NCBI GenBank assembly: GCA_045652135.1
Contig: JAZRTS010000031.1
Span: 3,246 to 67,245, forward strand
Direction of reading: 5' to 3'
DNA: 64,000 nucleotides
DNA from: Eubacteriales bacterium
GTDB taxonomy: Bacteria; Bacillota; Clostridia; Oscillospirales; CAG-272
Positions within the stretch are counted from its first letter, which is position 1; every line of letters starts with the position of its first letter. The notes under the pieces are model-generated. The model was not told where the DNA came from. It saw only the letters and a list, made by a program, of their open reading frames with translations, and ran no database searches. A program made the position numbers and the translations under genes. Below, one piece after another: positions 1 to 8,289 of this stretch.

Positions 1-865
1 CTGCATATCCCGCAAGACGCGCCATTTCTTCAACCGCAACGTCACAGTCCTTCGGGCAGACGTAGCTTCCCGTGTCCTTATATGCACAGCTTATGACGGA
101 ATCTATCTCATCATCTGTCATACTTCCGCAGTTTTCAAGCGCATCACGTAAAAGCGTGCGTGTATCGATAACAGTCGGTATGCCGATGCAGACGGTTTTT
201 ATACCGAACGTTCTTTCCGAAAGCTCCCCTCGGTCATTTCCGACACCGCTTCCTGGGCATATTCCCGTGTCGGTCACCTGCACGGTCGCTGCAAGAGATG
301 AAAGATCACGGCAGGCAAGTGCATCTATCAGTATCACCGTTGACGGTTTTACCATTTTTATCGCTCCTTTTATTTGCTCTGCGGCTTCGATTCCGGTCTG
401 CGCAAGCACTCCCGGCGTGATCGATGACACGTCACCAAGCCCTGCCGACTCGTATATCCCTCTTTCATACTCCTTTATATGACGAGATACTACGACATTA
501 TTCGCAGCAAGCGGACCTACGGCATCTGCGGTGATATATCTGTTTCCCAAACCTGCGACAAGCACAGGCGCGCTTGTGTTGCAAAGCGAGGAGATTATCT
601 TCACAAGCTCATTTGCCGCACATTTGAACTTGTCAAAATCGGAAAGCCAGAGCTTCCCCGTGTGCATGGAATAGTAATTACCTATCGGCTTACCGAGAAT
701 TTCCGCGCCTTTTTCATTAAAAACGGATATCTTCGTCGTTTTTATTCCGCATCTTTCGTTTGCTTCGTATTTTATCCCATCGGGCTCGCCCTTGTGCTGT
801 TTTGAATACGTTTTCATATATTCATCACGTATTTCCGATGCCATATCGGTTCTTATGTTTTTCAT
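1..865 (-). CDS. gpr: Germination (spore) protease GPR. The N-terminal ~288 codons are in the window and the C-terminus runs off the left edge.
   Basis: Missing from the ORF track because the window edge truncates it. My minus-strand translation from the ATG (863-865) reads MKNIRTDMASEIRDEY..VLVAGLGNRYITADAVGP..LIDALACRD..VTDTGICPGSGVGNDR..CIGIPTVID. This matches the conserved Gpr blocks of Bacillus (GLGNxxxTPDAxGP, IDALAxR, PGSGVGNxR, IGIPTV). RBS AAGGAGAA lies upstream. Confidence 0.85.
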   Translation of the reverse strand, partial: MKNIRTDMASEIRDEYMKTYSKQHKGEPDGIKYEANERCGIKTTKISVFNEKGAEILGKPIGNYYSMHTGKLWLSDFDKFKCAANELVKIISSLCNTSAPVLVAGLGNRYITADAVGPLAANNVVVSRHIKEYERGIYESAGLGDVSSITPGVLAQTGIEAAEQIKGAIKMVKPSTVILIDALACRDLSSLAATVQVTDTGICPGSGVGNDRGELSERTFGIKTVCIGIPTVIDTRTLLRDALENCGSMTDDEIDSVISCAYKDTGSYVCPKDCDVAVEEMARLAGYA

Positions 866-904
866 ATTTTTCTCCTTATATAATTTGATTCGTATGCGAT
901 AACG

Positions 905-1019
905 GCGCCATGCCCGCACCCCCATGTAGTTCGAATTACTTCGAACTACCGCAGTTGACAGGCGTAACGCAGTTCGCCATGTCAACTGCACCGGACAATA
1001 GGATTTTCGTTCATTTCAT
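905..1019. repeat. Mosaic intergenic repeat, copy A: gtagttcg...cgaactac hairpin, a second long hairpin, and a box tail.
   Basis: 9-bp stem gtagttcga/tcgaactac (926-949). 10-bp stem gcagttgaca/tgtcaactgc (951-989). Tail ggattttcgttcatttcat is the reverse complement of the aatgaacgaaaat box seen at 8534-8553 and 63726-63742. Confidence 0.7.
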
Positions 1020-1039
1020 ACTACAAACCGATAATAGAC

Positions 1040-1083
1040 AAAAAAAGAACACCCCATACAATTCAAAAAGAATTGTATGGGGT
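1040..1083 (-). terminator. Rho-independent terminator downstream of the 1091-2068 gene.
   Basis: 14-bp perfect stem accccatacaattc / gaattgtatggggt (1051-1064 and 1070-1083), 5-nt loop, followed on the minus strand by a T-run (A-run 1040-1047 on plus). Confidence 0.8.
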
Positions 1084-1090
1084 ATTTTGC

Positions 1091-2068
1091 TTATCTTATC
1101 ATATCAAAGTAAAGAGGTGAGCCGCCCGTGTGGATAAACAGGATCTTTTTGCCTGTTATATTATTTTCTTTAAGATACTTTTCAGTGCCTGTATACGCTT
1201 TTCCCGTGTACGTGGGGTCAAGCTCAATTCCGTTTTTGCGCATCATTTCAATGCAGTTGTTTCTTATCTCATCGTCAGCCAGACCGTAGCCGCCGCAGAG
1301 GTAATCAGCCGTGAAATTAAGTTCTTTTTTGACGATTTCGGGGTCGGGTGTACGGTTTTCGTAGCGCGCGAAGTAGTTTGTTATATGCTCATTGAGCTTC
1401 ATAACTCCTCTTTCCTGAGCTCTTGCCGTGGAAATACCGACGATGGTGGGGTTGGGTGTGCCTTCCTTGCCGTAATCGGGGTGAAGCATCTTACCGATAA
1501 GAAGACCGCCCGTTGTTGTACCTGCGCCGCAAGCGGAAAATATGTAATCAAAGTGAAGTCCCGTCTGCACCTGATAATCGTAGATCTCAGCGTACGTTTC
1601 CTTGTATGCCATACATTCAGCCGTTATTGCGTGGGGATCGTTTACGAAATACGATTTTTTACCCTCAGCGGCAAGCTTGTCCTGAAGTTCCTTCAAGACC
1701 GTATCAACATCAGCCTTTGCACATTCGACTATTTTTGCACCGAAAAGCTCTGCCATTGTACCGTTGAACGCGCGTGCGCAGCCGTGGTCATCATCGAAAA
1801 CGGATATCATGTAACATTCGATTCCGAGTGAGCAACAGAGGTTCGTCGTAACACGGCAAAGATTTGACAGCTTGTTTCCATACGTAATAAGCACATCACA
1901 GCCCTCGTCGAGCATATCCATAATTATCTTCTGCGCAATACGAACCTTGTTTCCGCCGAACGAAAACGGCTGAAGGTCATCACGTTTGAGATAAATTTCA
2001 TTACCCGTATCGTGCAAGGGAGTTATGGGGTGTATGGGTGTGTTGCAAATAACGTCACAAAGTTTCAT
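1091..2068 (-). CDS. PLP-dependent D-cysteine desulfhydrase / ACC deaminase family enzyme.
   Basis: 325 aa. Contains the FSFGGNKVR PLP-lysine motif (family consensus GGNKxR), a glycine-rich GAGTTTGG loop and a family-typical length. RBS GGAAGGAA precedes the ATG. Confidence 0.7.
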   Translation of the reverse strand: MKLCDVICNTPIHPITPLHDTGNEIYLKRDDLQPFSFGGNKVRIAQKIIMDMLDEGCDVLITYGNKLSNLCRVTTNLCCSLGIECYMISVFDDDHGCARAFNGTMAELFGAKIVECAKADVDTVLKELQDKLAAEGKKSYFVNDPHAITAECMAYKETYAEIYDYQVQTGLHFDYIFSACGAGTTTGGLLIGKMLHPDYGKEGTPNPTIVGISTARAQERGVMKLNEHITNYFARYENRTPDPEIVKKELNFTADYLCGGYGLADDEIRNNCIEMMRKNGIELDPTYTGKAYTGTEKYLKENNITGKKILFIHTGGSPLYFDMIR

Positions 2069-2107
2069 TTTATATTCCTTCCTGAAATTTATAATTTCAT
2101 TATATTA

Positions 2108-2836
2108 TCATAGTATATATCCACCGTCAACGGTTATTGTCTGTCCTGTTATGAAGTCGGCGGAGGGGGATGCCAAAAACAGCATCACGCCTGCAACATC
2201 TTCTGGTACGCCTGCCCTGCCGAGCGGTGTTTTTTCAATTATTTCATCAACCGCTTCATTTGACAGCATACTGTTCATTTCGGTATTTATAAATCCCGGG
2301 GCAATACAGTTTACGGTAACACCCGACGGCGCTTCTTCCTTTGCAAGCGCCTTTGTAAAGCCGATAACAGCCGCCTTTGACGCTGAATAATGCACTTCGC
2401 ACGATGCACCGGAAATTCCCCACATAGAGGACACGTTTATTATTTTGCCTTTACTTTCACGCAACATAGGAAGCACGGCGCGCGTTAAAAGAAATGCGCC
2501 CTTGACATTGACGTCCATCATTCTGTCCCACATCTGCTCACTTATGCTTTGCAGTACCGCAAATTCCGATATACCGGCATTATTTATAAGAACGTCAATC
2601 GATGCGAATTTATATTCACAAAGCGATACGGCGCGGCGTACATCAGACTCATTTGTTATATCGCATTTGCAGGCATACACACTTTTACCGTCTCGTGTAA
2701 GCTCGTCACAAAGAGATAACGCCTTATCCTCACCTTTGTTATACAACATAAACACGTTAAAACCGTTATATGCAAAAGTGCGCACAGCGCATCTGCCTAT
2801 TCCGCCCGATGCGCCCGATATTATCACGGTCTTCAT
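2108..2836 (-). CDS. Short-chain dehydrogenase/reductase (FabG-like 3-oxoacyl reductase family).
   Basis: 242 aa. Has SGASGGIG (TGxxxGxG), NNAG and YSASK (YxxxK) motifs. RBS GGAG. Confidence 0.85.
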   Translation of the reverse strand: MKTVIISGASGGIGRCAVRTFAYNGFNVFMLYNKGEDKALSLCDELTRDGKSVYACKCDITNESDVRRAVSLCEYKFASIDVLINNAGISEFAVLQSISEQMWDRMMDVNVKGAFLLTRAVLPMLRESKGKIINVSSMWGISGASCEVHYSASKAAVIGFTKALAKEEAPSGVTVNCIAPGFINTEMNSMLSNEAVDEIIEKTPLGRAGVPEDVAGVMLFLASPSADFITGQTITVDGGYIL

Positions 2837-2995
2837 AATAAACTCCGAAATTTAATTAATTATTTATTTACATTATACCAAGTGCCAACGGTTTTATGTT
2901 GACAAAAAATCACCCAAATGTTTATTAAAACAAACTTTAAAAAAAGGAAAAATTACTTATTTTTTAATTAATTTTGATAAAATTTTAAAAAGTTA

Positions 2996-3024
2996 TTGAC
3001 AAGCGCGAAAAAGTGTGGTAAAAT
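2996..3024 (+). promoter_or_regulatory. Sigma-A type promoter for the small secreted peptide gene.
   Basis: TTGACA (2996-3001), a 17-nt spacer ending in tgg, and TAAAAT (3019-3024). AGGAGG RBS at 3041-3046. Confidence 0.65.
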
Positions 3025-3055
3025 GAACATACAAAGAAGAAGGAGGCGGAAAATT

Positions 3056-3286
3056 GTGAACATAAAAAAGATAATATCAGTCGTTATGATCTTTGCCGTT
3101 ATCAGCACGGTGTTCGTTTCGATTTCCGCTATTGCCGCAGACAACTCAGCGGCAAATGCAAACGATGCGGCAAATGAAGCAGTAAATCCCCTGACCGGTG
3201 ACTTTGTTTTCGGAATTTTCGTCACCGCCGCACTTATTGCAATAATAACCCTGTATCTTGTGATGCGAAAAAAATATATACACTGA
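3056..3286 (+). CDS. 76-aa secreted peptide with a signal peptide and a C-terminal NPxTG-type cell-wall sorting signal.
   Basis: GTG start 9 nt after AGGAGG. The longer ORF-track start at 2996 overlaps the promoter. Sequence reads MNIKKIISVVMIFAVISTVFVSISAIA/ADNSAANANDAANEAV-NPLTG-DFVFGIFVTAALIAIITLYLV-MRKK: signal peptide, short Ala/Asn-rich core, NPLTG, hydrophobic stretch, basic tail. Confidence 0.6.
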   Translation: MNIKKIISVVMIFAVISTVFVSISAIAADNSAANANDAANEAVNPLTGDFVFGIFVTAALIAIITLYLVMRKKYIH

Positions 3287-3287
3287 A

Positions 3288-3313
3288 AAGTCGGTTTAAA
3301 CCGACTTTTTTTA
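3288..3313 (+). terminator. Rho-independent terminator after the small peptide gene.
   Basis: Palindrome aagtcggt-ttaa-accgactt followed by a T-run (3306-3312), directly after the stop codon at 3284-3286. Confidence 0.75.
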
Positions 3314-3331
3314 TTGTATTTGAGGTGAAGC

Positions 3332-3358
3332 AAGCTCCGTTTTTAAAAAACGGAGCTT
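3332..3358 (-). terminator. Hairpin downstream of trkH (probable terminator).
   Basis: aagctccgtttt / aaaacggagctt inverted repeat, 14 nt after the trkH stop. The A/T tracts are part of the stem, so directionality is ambiguous. Confidence 0.5.
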
Positions 3359-3372
3359 ATAATTTTTGATTA

Positions 3373-4815
3373 TTATACTTTTCTCCACGTGGAGGGAGAT
3401 AAAAGAACGAGAATAGGGAAAATTTCAAGTCTTCCCGCAAGCATATCAAATATCAAAACAAGCTTTGAGCATACAGAAAAACCGCCGTAATTAGCCATAG
3501 GGCCTGCTGAATCGAAGCCCGGCCCCATATTATTGAAGCAGGACACGACAGACGACATATTCGTTTCAAACGAAAATCCGTCAACCGATATCACAAAGAA
3601 GCTTACGAGTATAAGCAGTGCATAAGCGCAAAGATATCCGAGAGTCGAGCGTATTATTTTTTCGTCCGTCGGCTCACCGTTCAAGCGTATGAGCTGTATT
3701 TTCTGCGGATGAAGCGTTTGTCTTATGCTTCTGAAAAACGTTTTGATATACAAAAGCACGCGTGAACACTTAATACCGCCGCCCGTGCTTCCCGCGCAGG
3801 CGCCGATGAACATAAGCAAGAACAATATAGCCTTTGAAAACGGCGGCCACAGATTGAAGTCAGTCGTTGCAAATCCCGTTGACGTGATAAGGCTGGCGAC
3901 CTGAAATGCGCTGTGGCGCAGAGCCTCGCCGACCGTATCGTACATCTGATATACGTTTGACGTTATAATCGCAACGCAAACCGCAAAAGTACCAAGATAG
4001 AACCAAAGCTCCTCGTTTTTGAAAACACTCTTGAAATTACGGAGCAAAAGCAGATAAAAACAAGTGAAATTGATACCGAAAAGCATCATAAACACCGTGC
4101 ATACGTTTTGTATGTACGGACTGAACGATGCCATACCGTCAGCCTTTACGCTGAATCCGCCCGTGCCTGCAGTAGAAAGCGCCGTGCAGACGGATTCAAA
4201 CAAAGGAAGACCTCCGATAAGCAGGAAAAACAGATCTATAACGGTAAGTGTTATGTAAAGAAGGTACAGTATTTTAGCCGTCTGGCGCATTTTCGGAACT
4301 ATTTTACCGACACTCGGCCCGGGGCTTTCCGCACGCAAGAGATGGAGAGATGAGCTTCCTATCGGATCTATTGCAAGTAAGAACACCAGCACGCCCATAC
4401 CGCCCAGCCAGTTACTGAACGAGCGCCAATAAAGCACACCGCGTGACAGCTCCTCAACATTCGGAACGATACTCGCACCTGTTGTCGTAAAGCCTGAAAC
4501 TATTTCAAAAAACGCATCAATAAAGCTTGGTATCTCACCCGAAATAACAAGGGGCAAGCATCCTGCAAGACTCAAAAATATCCATGAAAGACCGACTGTG
4601 ACAAAGCCCTCTTTGGCATAAAAAGCTTTTTTTGCATTTCTGCACACAAGGTACATAAGCCCCGATGCCGCAAGAGTTATTGCAATCGCCAGAAGAAACG
4701 CAAAGCATGTTTTTTCGTTACCGTCAACGGCACAAATGATAGCAGACGGTATCATAAAAAGCGCTTCGAGAGCAAGTATTTTTGAAATGGTACGTCCTAC
4801 AATTTTATAATTCAT
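3373..4815 (-). CDS. trkH: TrkH/KtrB-family potassium uptake permease.
   Basis: 480 aa, polytopic. Repeated pore-loop glycine motifs (GFTTTGAS, STAGTGGFS, SSTGFATT, GSTGGGIK) are typical of Trk/Ktr/HKT permeases. It sits directly downstream of trkA. Confidence 0.85.
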   Translation of the reverse strand: MNYKIVGRTISKILALEALFMIPSAIICAVDGNEKTCFAFLLAIAITLAASGLMYLVCRNAKKAFYAKEGFVTVGLSWIFLSLAGCLPLVISGEIPSFIDAFFEIVSGFTTTGASIVPNVEELSRGVLYWRSFSNWLGGMGVLVFLLAIDPIGSSSLHLLRAESPGPSVGKIVPKMRQTAKILYLLYITLTVIDLFFLLIGGLPLFESVCTALSTAGTGGFSVKADGMASFSPYIQNVCTVFMMLFGINFTCFYLLLLRNFKSVFKNEELWFYLGTFAVCVAIITSNVYQMYDTVGEALRHSAFQVASLITSTGFATTDFNLWPPFSKAILFLLMFIGACAGSTGGGIKCSRVLLYIKTFFRSIRQTLHPQKIQLIRLNGEPTDEKIIRSTLGYLCAYALLILVSFFVISVDGFSFETNMSSVVSCFNNMGPGFDSAGPMANYGGFSVCSKLVLIFDMLAGRLEIFPILVLLSPSTWRKV

Positions 4816-4827
4816 ACGTATCTCCGT

Positions 4828-6183
4828 TTATTCAAAAATATCACCGAACTGATATATGGAGCCGCTGTTCGTCACTATTACGACGGAATCTCCCGGCATA
4901 AACGATGAATTACCGTCGGGTATTTCGGTTTTTCCTCTGCGTGTTATGCAGGAAATGAGCACGCCTTTTTTAAGTTTAAGTTCCTTGAGAGGAGTGCCGC
5001 AGTTGGGTGTTGACTTGTCAAGGCGGAATTCAATTGCCTCCGCTTTGCCATCCGCGATAAGGTGAACAGCAACAGCCGCGCCCGTCTGGTTGCGCACCGC
5101 GCGCACGTATCTTACGATAGCGTTACAGGAAAGCTCTTTGGGGCAAACAACACTGCTTTGAGGCAGAAAATCAAGTATTCCGCTGTCGTCAACGTAATCC
5201 AGCTTCGTTATAATGTTCGGAACCTTGTGCGTATGGCCGTAAAGCGAAATGATTATATTCTGTTCATCCATTCCCGTCAGAGCAACGAGCGCATCGCATC
5301 TGTCAATGCCTTCGCCCTCAAGAGCAAACGCGCTGCTTGCATCGCCGTTTATTATATCCACGTTCGGGAGCATTGAGGAAAGCTGTAAGCATCTTTCCGT
5401 GTTTTTTTCTATTATGGTTACGTTGATACCCGATTTTTCAAGTCTTTGTGACAAGTGGTACGCTATTCGGCTTCCGCCGCATATCAGCACGTGACGCACC
5501 TTTTTTGTAATAATTCCGAGGTTTTTCAAAAGCACGGTCAGATTATCCGTTGAAGCGGTAACGAATATTCTGTCGCCTGCCTCAAGCACGAAATTACCTG
5601 AAGGTGTTATAACGTTGCCGTCACGCAGTACGGAACAAACAAGTATCTTGCATTTAACAACGGAATTAAGCTCTATAAGTGAGCGTCCGCACAGTTTACT
5701 GTCTTCCTCGACGCGAAGCTCAACTATTTCAACTCTGCCCTTGGCAAACGTTTCAAGCTTCAGAAAACCGGGGTATTTGAGCAGTCGTTCTATTTCTATC
5801 GCCGCCTGCTTTTCGGGATTTATCGTCATGGAAAGCGCAAACTTCTCGCGCATGTCGTATATCTGAGATGAATATTCGGGATTTCTTATTCTGGCTATCG
5901 TGTGGAGATTTGGATTTACCGCGTGCGCCGTCAGACAGCACAGAAGGTTCACTTCGTCGGAGCCTGCAACAGCAATAAGCAAGTCTGCTGTTTCTGCCCC
6001 TGCCGCCGTCAGAATGTTTTTTGAAGCGCAGTTACCGACTACCGTCATAACATCGTACTGTTCAACGGCAGAATCAAGCACGTCGCTTTCGGAGTCAATG
6101 ACGGTTATGTCGTATCCCTCCGATGTAAGCTGGCGCGCAAGCGTTGAGCCTACCTTTCCCGTTCCTGCAATAATTATTTTCAC
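4828..6183 (-). CDS. trkA: Trk system NAD-binding regulatory subunit TrkA (two RCK/TrkA-N repeats).
   Basis: 451 aa. MKIIIAGTGKVGSTLA is a Rossmann GxGxxG motif, and a second repeat reads VLICGGSRIAYHLS. GTG start follows AAGGAG. Confidence 0.85.
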   Translation of the reverse strand: MKIIIAGTGKVGSTLARQLTSEGYDITVIDSESDVLDSAVEQYDVMTVVGNCASKNILTAAGAETADLLIAVAGSDEVNLLCCLTAHAVNPNLHTIARIRNPEYSSQIYDMREKFALSMTINPEKQAAIEIERLLKYPGFLKLETFAKGRVEIVELRVEEDSKLCGRSLIELNSVVKCKILVCSVLRDGNVITPSGNFVLEAGDRIFVTASTDNLTVLLKNLGIITKKVRHVLICGGSRIAYHLSQRLEKSGINVTIIEKNTERCLQLSSMLPNVDIINGDASSAFALEGEGIDRCDALVALTGMDEQNIIISLYGHTHKVPNIITKLDYVDDSGILDFLPQSSVVCPKELSCNAIVRYVRAVRNQTGAAVAVHLIADGKAEAIEFRLDKSTPNCGTPLKELKLKKGVLISCITRRGKTEIPDGNSSFMPGDSVVIVTNSGSIYQFGDIFE

Positions 6184-6247
6184 GTTTTTTCTCCTTATAC
6201 GCTTGGATAATGGCTATATTACCACTTTTACCGTTTGTTGTCAACTC

Positions 6248-7060
6248 TTATATATTTTCTTTTTCTATTTTTTCAATTAGCCCTGCGATCTCACCTTCCG
6301 TACACGGACATACGACGACGTCGCACATATCTATTATTTTCTTCAGTCCCGACGAGGGGCAAGCGGACACGTCAGCGTTTGCAAGCATATTTTCATCGTT
6401 TTCATAGTCACCGATGCAGTAAGTTTTAACGTCGCCCAAAAAGCGTTTCAAGTATTTTACCTGCGCACCCTTCGTAGCGCCGAGAGCAAGAAGCTCCAGC
6501 ATCGTGCGGCAAGAATACGTTTTTTCAAATTTATTCGGCATCGTTTCATTGATAAATTGATTTACCGCTTCAAGCTCCTCGGAGCTTTCGCCTGCAAGAA
6601 CTATTTTATTCCAGCCGAGCAGATTCATATCCTCAAGCTCGGTCTGTACGACCTCCTCAAAATAATTTTTAAGCTCACGGTATATAAAATCGTTTCCTGC
6701 GGCGGCAAGATATCCGTTCTGGCAGTTGATGCGTATGCCGACGGACGGGAATTTTTTGTGAAGCACCTTTAAAAACGGCATCACCGCCTCGCCGTCAAGA
6801 CATATTTCATTGTGTCTTTCACCCGTTTTTATATCGTAAACGTAGCTTCCGTTACAGAGGATAGACGGGGCGTTTACAAGCTTATCGTAACCCGGAACGA
6901 TAGTTCCGATATTGTATGCGACACGGCCCGACGCAAACGTAAAAAGTCCTCCGTTTGCCTTAAAATATTCTATTGCTTCGTTGTTTCTTTTTATTCCTTC
7001 TTCAGAACCTGTATACGTTCCGTCGATGTCGGAAATTATTATTTTACCTGAAAATTTCAT
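6248..7060 (-). CDS. HAD-superfamily (Cof-type, IIB) phosphatase.
   Basis: Start reassigned to the ATG at 7060 (MKFSGKIIISDIDGT, RBS AGGAAAC). It has DxDGT motif I, a Cof-like cap region and a C-terminal GDYENDENM (GDxxND) motif. Confidence 0.75.
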   Translation of the reverse strand: MKFSGKIIISDIDGTYTGSEEGIKRNNEAIEYFKANGGLFTFASGRVAYNIGTIVPGYDKLVNAPSILCNGSYVYDIKTGERHNEICLDGEAVMPFLKVLHKKFPSVGIRINCQNGYLAAAGNDFIYRELKNYFEEVVQTELEDMNLLGWNKIVLAGESSEELEAVNQFINETMPNKFEKTYSCRTMLELLALGATKGAQVKYLKRFLGDVKTYCIGDYENDENMLANADVSACPSSGLKKIIDMCDVVVCPCTEGEIAGLIEKIEKENI

Positions 7061-7141
7061 CTTGTTTCCTTTCGTTTCATGCGTTGCGTGGTAAACCCAC
7101 CTTTTGCGCAAGCGCACGGTGCGCTTGTGCTTAAACCGTTA

Positions 7142-8221
7142 TCAGACATCAAGCTTCATATCGCCCGGCTTTATCCAGCCTGCTTTTCTCATACCCTCGG
7201 ATATTCCGAGGCTTATGAGCGCGGGAAGAATAAAGTAGATAAGCGCAATTTTTATAATCACCGTTTTTGCATCCTCTCCAGCCGACGTCATATCGGTAAA
7301 GGAAAGTATCGGGCCGACGAGTCCCGCCGTCCCCATTCCGGAGCCTGCAGGCGTATTCGTCATTTTAAACACCATCGTTGACAAGGGGCCGAGCACTGCA
7401 CTTGCAACGATCGGCGGTATCCAGATACGCGGATTTTTTATGATATTCGGCATCTGGAGCATACTCGTACCGACACCTTGAGCAAGCAGTCCGCCGAGCT
7501 TATTTTCACGGTAGCTTATCACCGCAAAGCCTATCATATTCGCACAGCAACCGACCGTTGCCGCGCCTGCGGCAATACCCGAAAGTCCCAAAATGACACC
7601 GATCGCCGCAGAGCTTATCGGGAGCGTTAAAAACATACCCATAAGCACGGACACGATAAGACCCGTCAGAAGCGGCTGAGCCTGTGCGCCGTATTCGACA
7701 AGACCGCCGAGCCAGCCGTTAAACTCCGCTATCGGTGCGCCTGTCAGAAGTCCGACTACACCGCCGGATATAACTGCCGTAAGAGGCGTTAAAATTATAT
7801 CTATCTTTGTTTTTCCTGCAATAAGTCCGCCAAGCTCAATACACACATAAGCGGCGATAAACGCATTCAAGGGATCTCCTGCGCCCGAAAGGGAAACCGT
7901 CTGCATGGACGGTATTTTCGACGCAAATGCGCCGATAAATCCGCACGCGGCGGCAGAAAATATGACAAGCGGTTTGGCATTAAGCTTTACAGCCACACCG
8001 CATCCGATTCCCGCGCCCGTTGCCACCTGCGCCACGGCACCGACGTTTGAAAGCATCGTACCGATCTGTCCGGGGATATATACGCCGAGCTGTTTTAGCA
8101 TCGTGCCGACGATAAGCGTTGAAAAAAGTCCGAGAGCCATACCCGAAAGTCCATCGATAAAAACTCTCGAAAGATATGCAGTAAGAAGTCCCCAAGGGGT
8201 TTTTCGTGTTTTTTTAGCCAT
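7142..8221 (-). CDS. PTS EIIC-like (PTS_EIIC_2-type) membrane permease, orphan.
   Basis: Start reassigned to the ATG at 8221 (MAKKTRKTPWGLL..FIDGLSGMALGLFSTLIVGTMLKQLG). About 10 TM segments and glycine-rich. The 110-codon N-terminal extension in the ORF track runs through repeat B and is not credible. Confidence 0.55.
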   Translation of the reverse strand: MAKKTRKTPWGLLTAYLSRVFIDGLSGMALGLFSTLIVGTMLKQLGVYIPGQIGTMLSNVGAVAQVATGAGIGCGVAVKLNAKPLVIFSAAACGFIGAFASKIPSMQTVSLSGAGDPLNAFIAAYVCIELGGLIAGKTKIDIILTPLTAVISGGVVGLLTGAPIAEFNGWLGGLVEYGAQAQPLLTGLIVSVLMGMFLTLPISSAAIGVILGLSGIAAGAATVGCCANMIGFAVISYRENKLGGLLAQGVGTSMLQMPNIIKNPRIWIPPIVASAVLGPLSTMVFKMTNTPAGSGMGTAGLVGPILSFTDMTSAGEDAKTVIIKIALIYFILPALISLGISEGMRKAGWIKPGDMKLDV

Positions 8222-8289
8222 TTTTTGCTCCAAAATTATATTCTTTATAATATAATATATCAAATCGTATGAAATGTCAATATTGTGCG

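Noticed and set aside
72-805. Plus-strand ORFs 72-482 and 479-805.
   Set aside because: They are antisense shadows of gpr. The minus-strand frame gives an unmistakable GPR protease sequence with an RBS, and the plus-strand products are low-complexity with no RBS.
1130-1831. 233-aa plus-strand ORF.
   Set aside because: It is antisense to the PLP-enzyme gene, whose frame carries the GGNKxR motif. It has no RBS and an implausible composition.
7105-7130. GC-rich hairpin gcgcaagcgcac/gtgcgcttgtgc as a terminator of the EIIC gene.
   Set aside because: The near-zero loop forces a shorter stem, and there is no U-tract on either strand. It may contribute to termination, but I cannot support the call.
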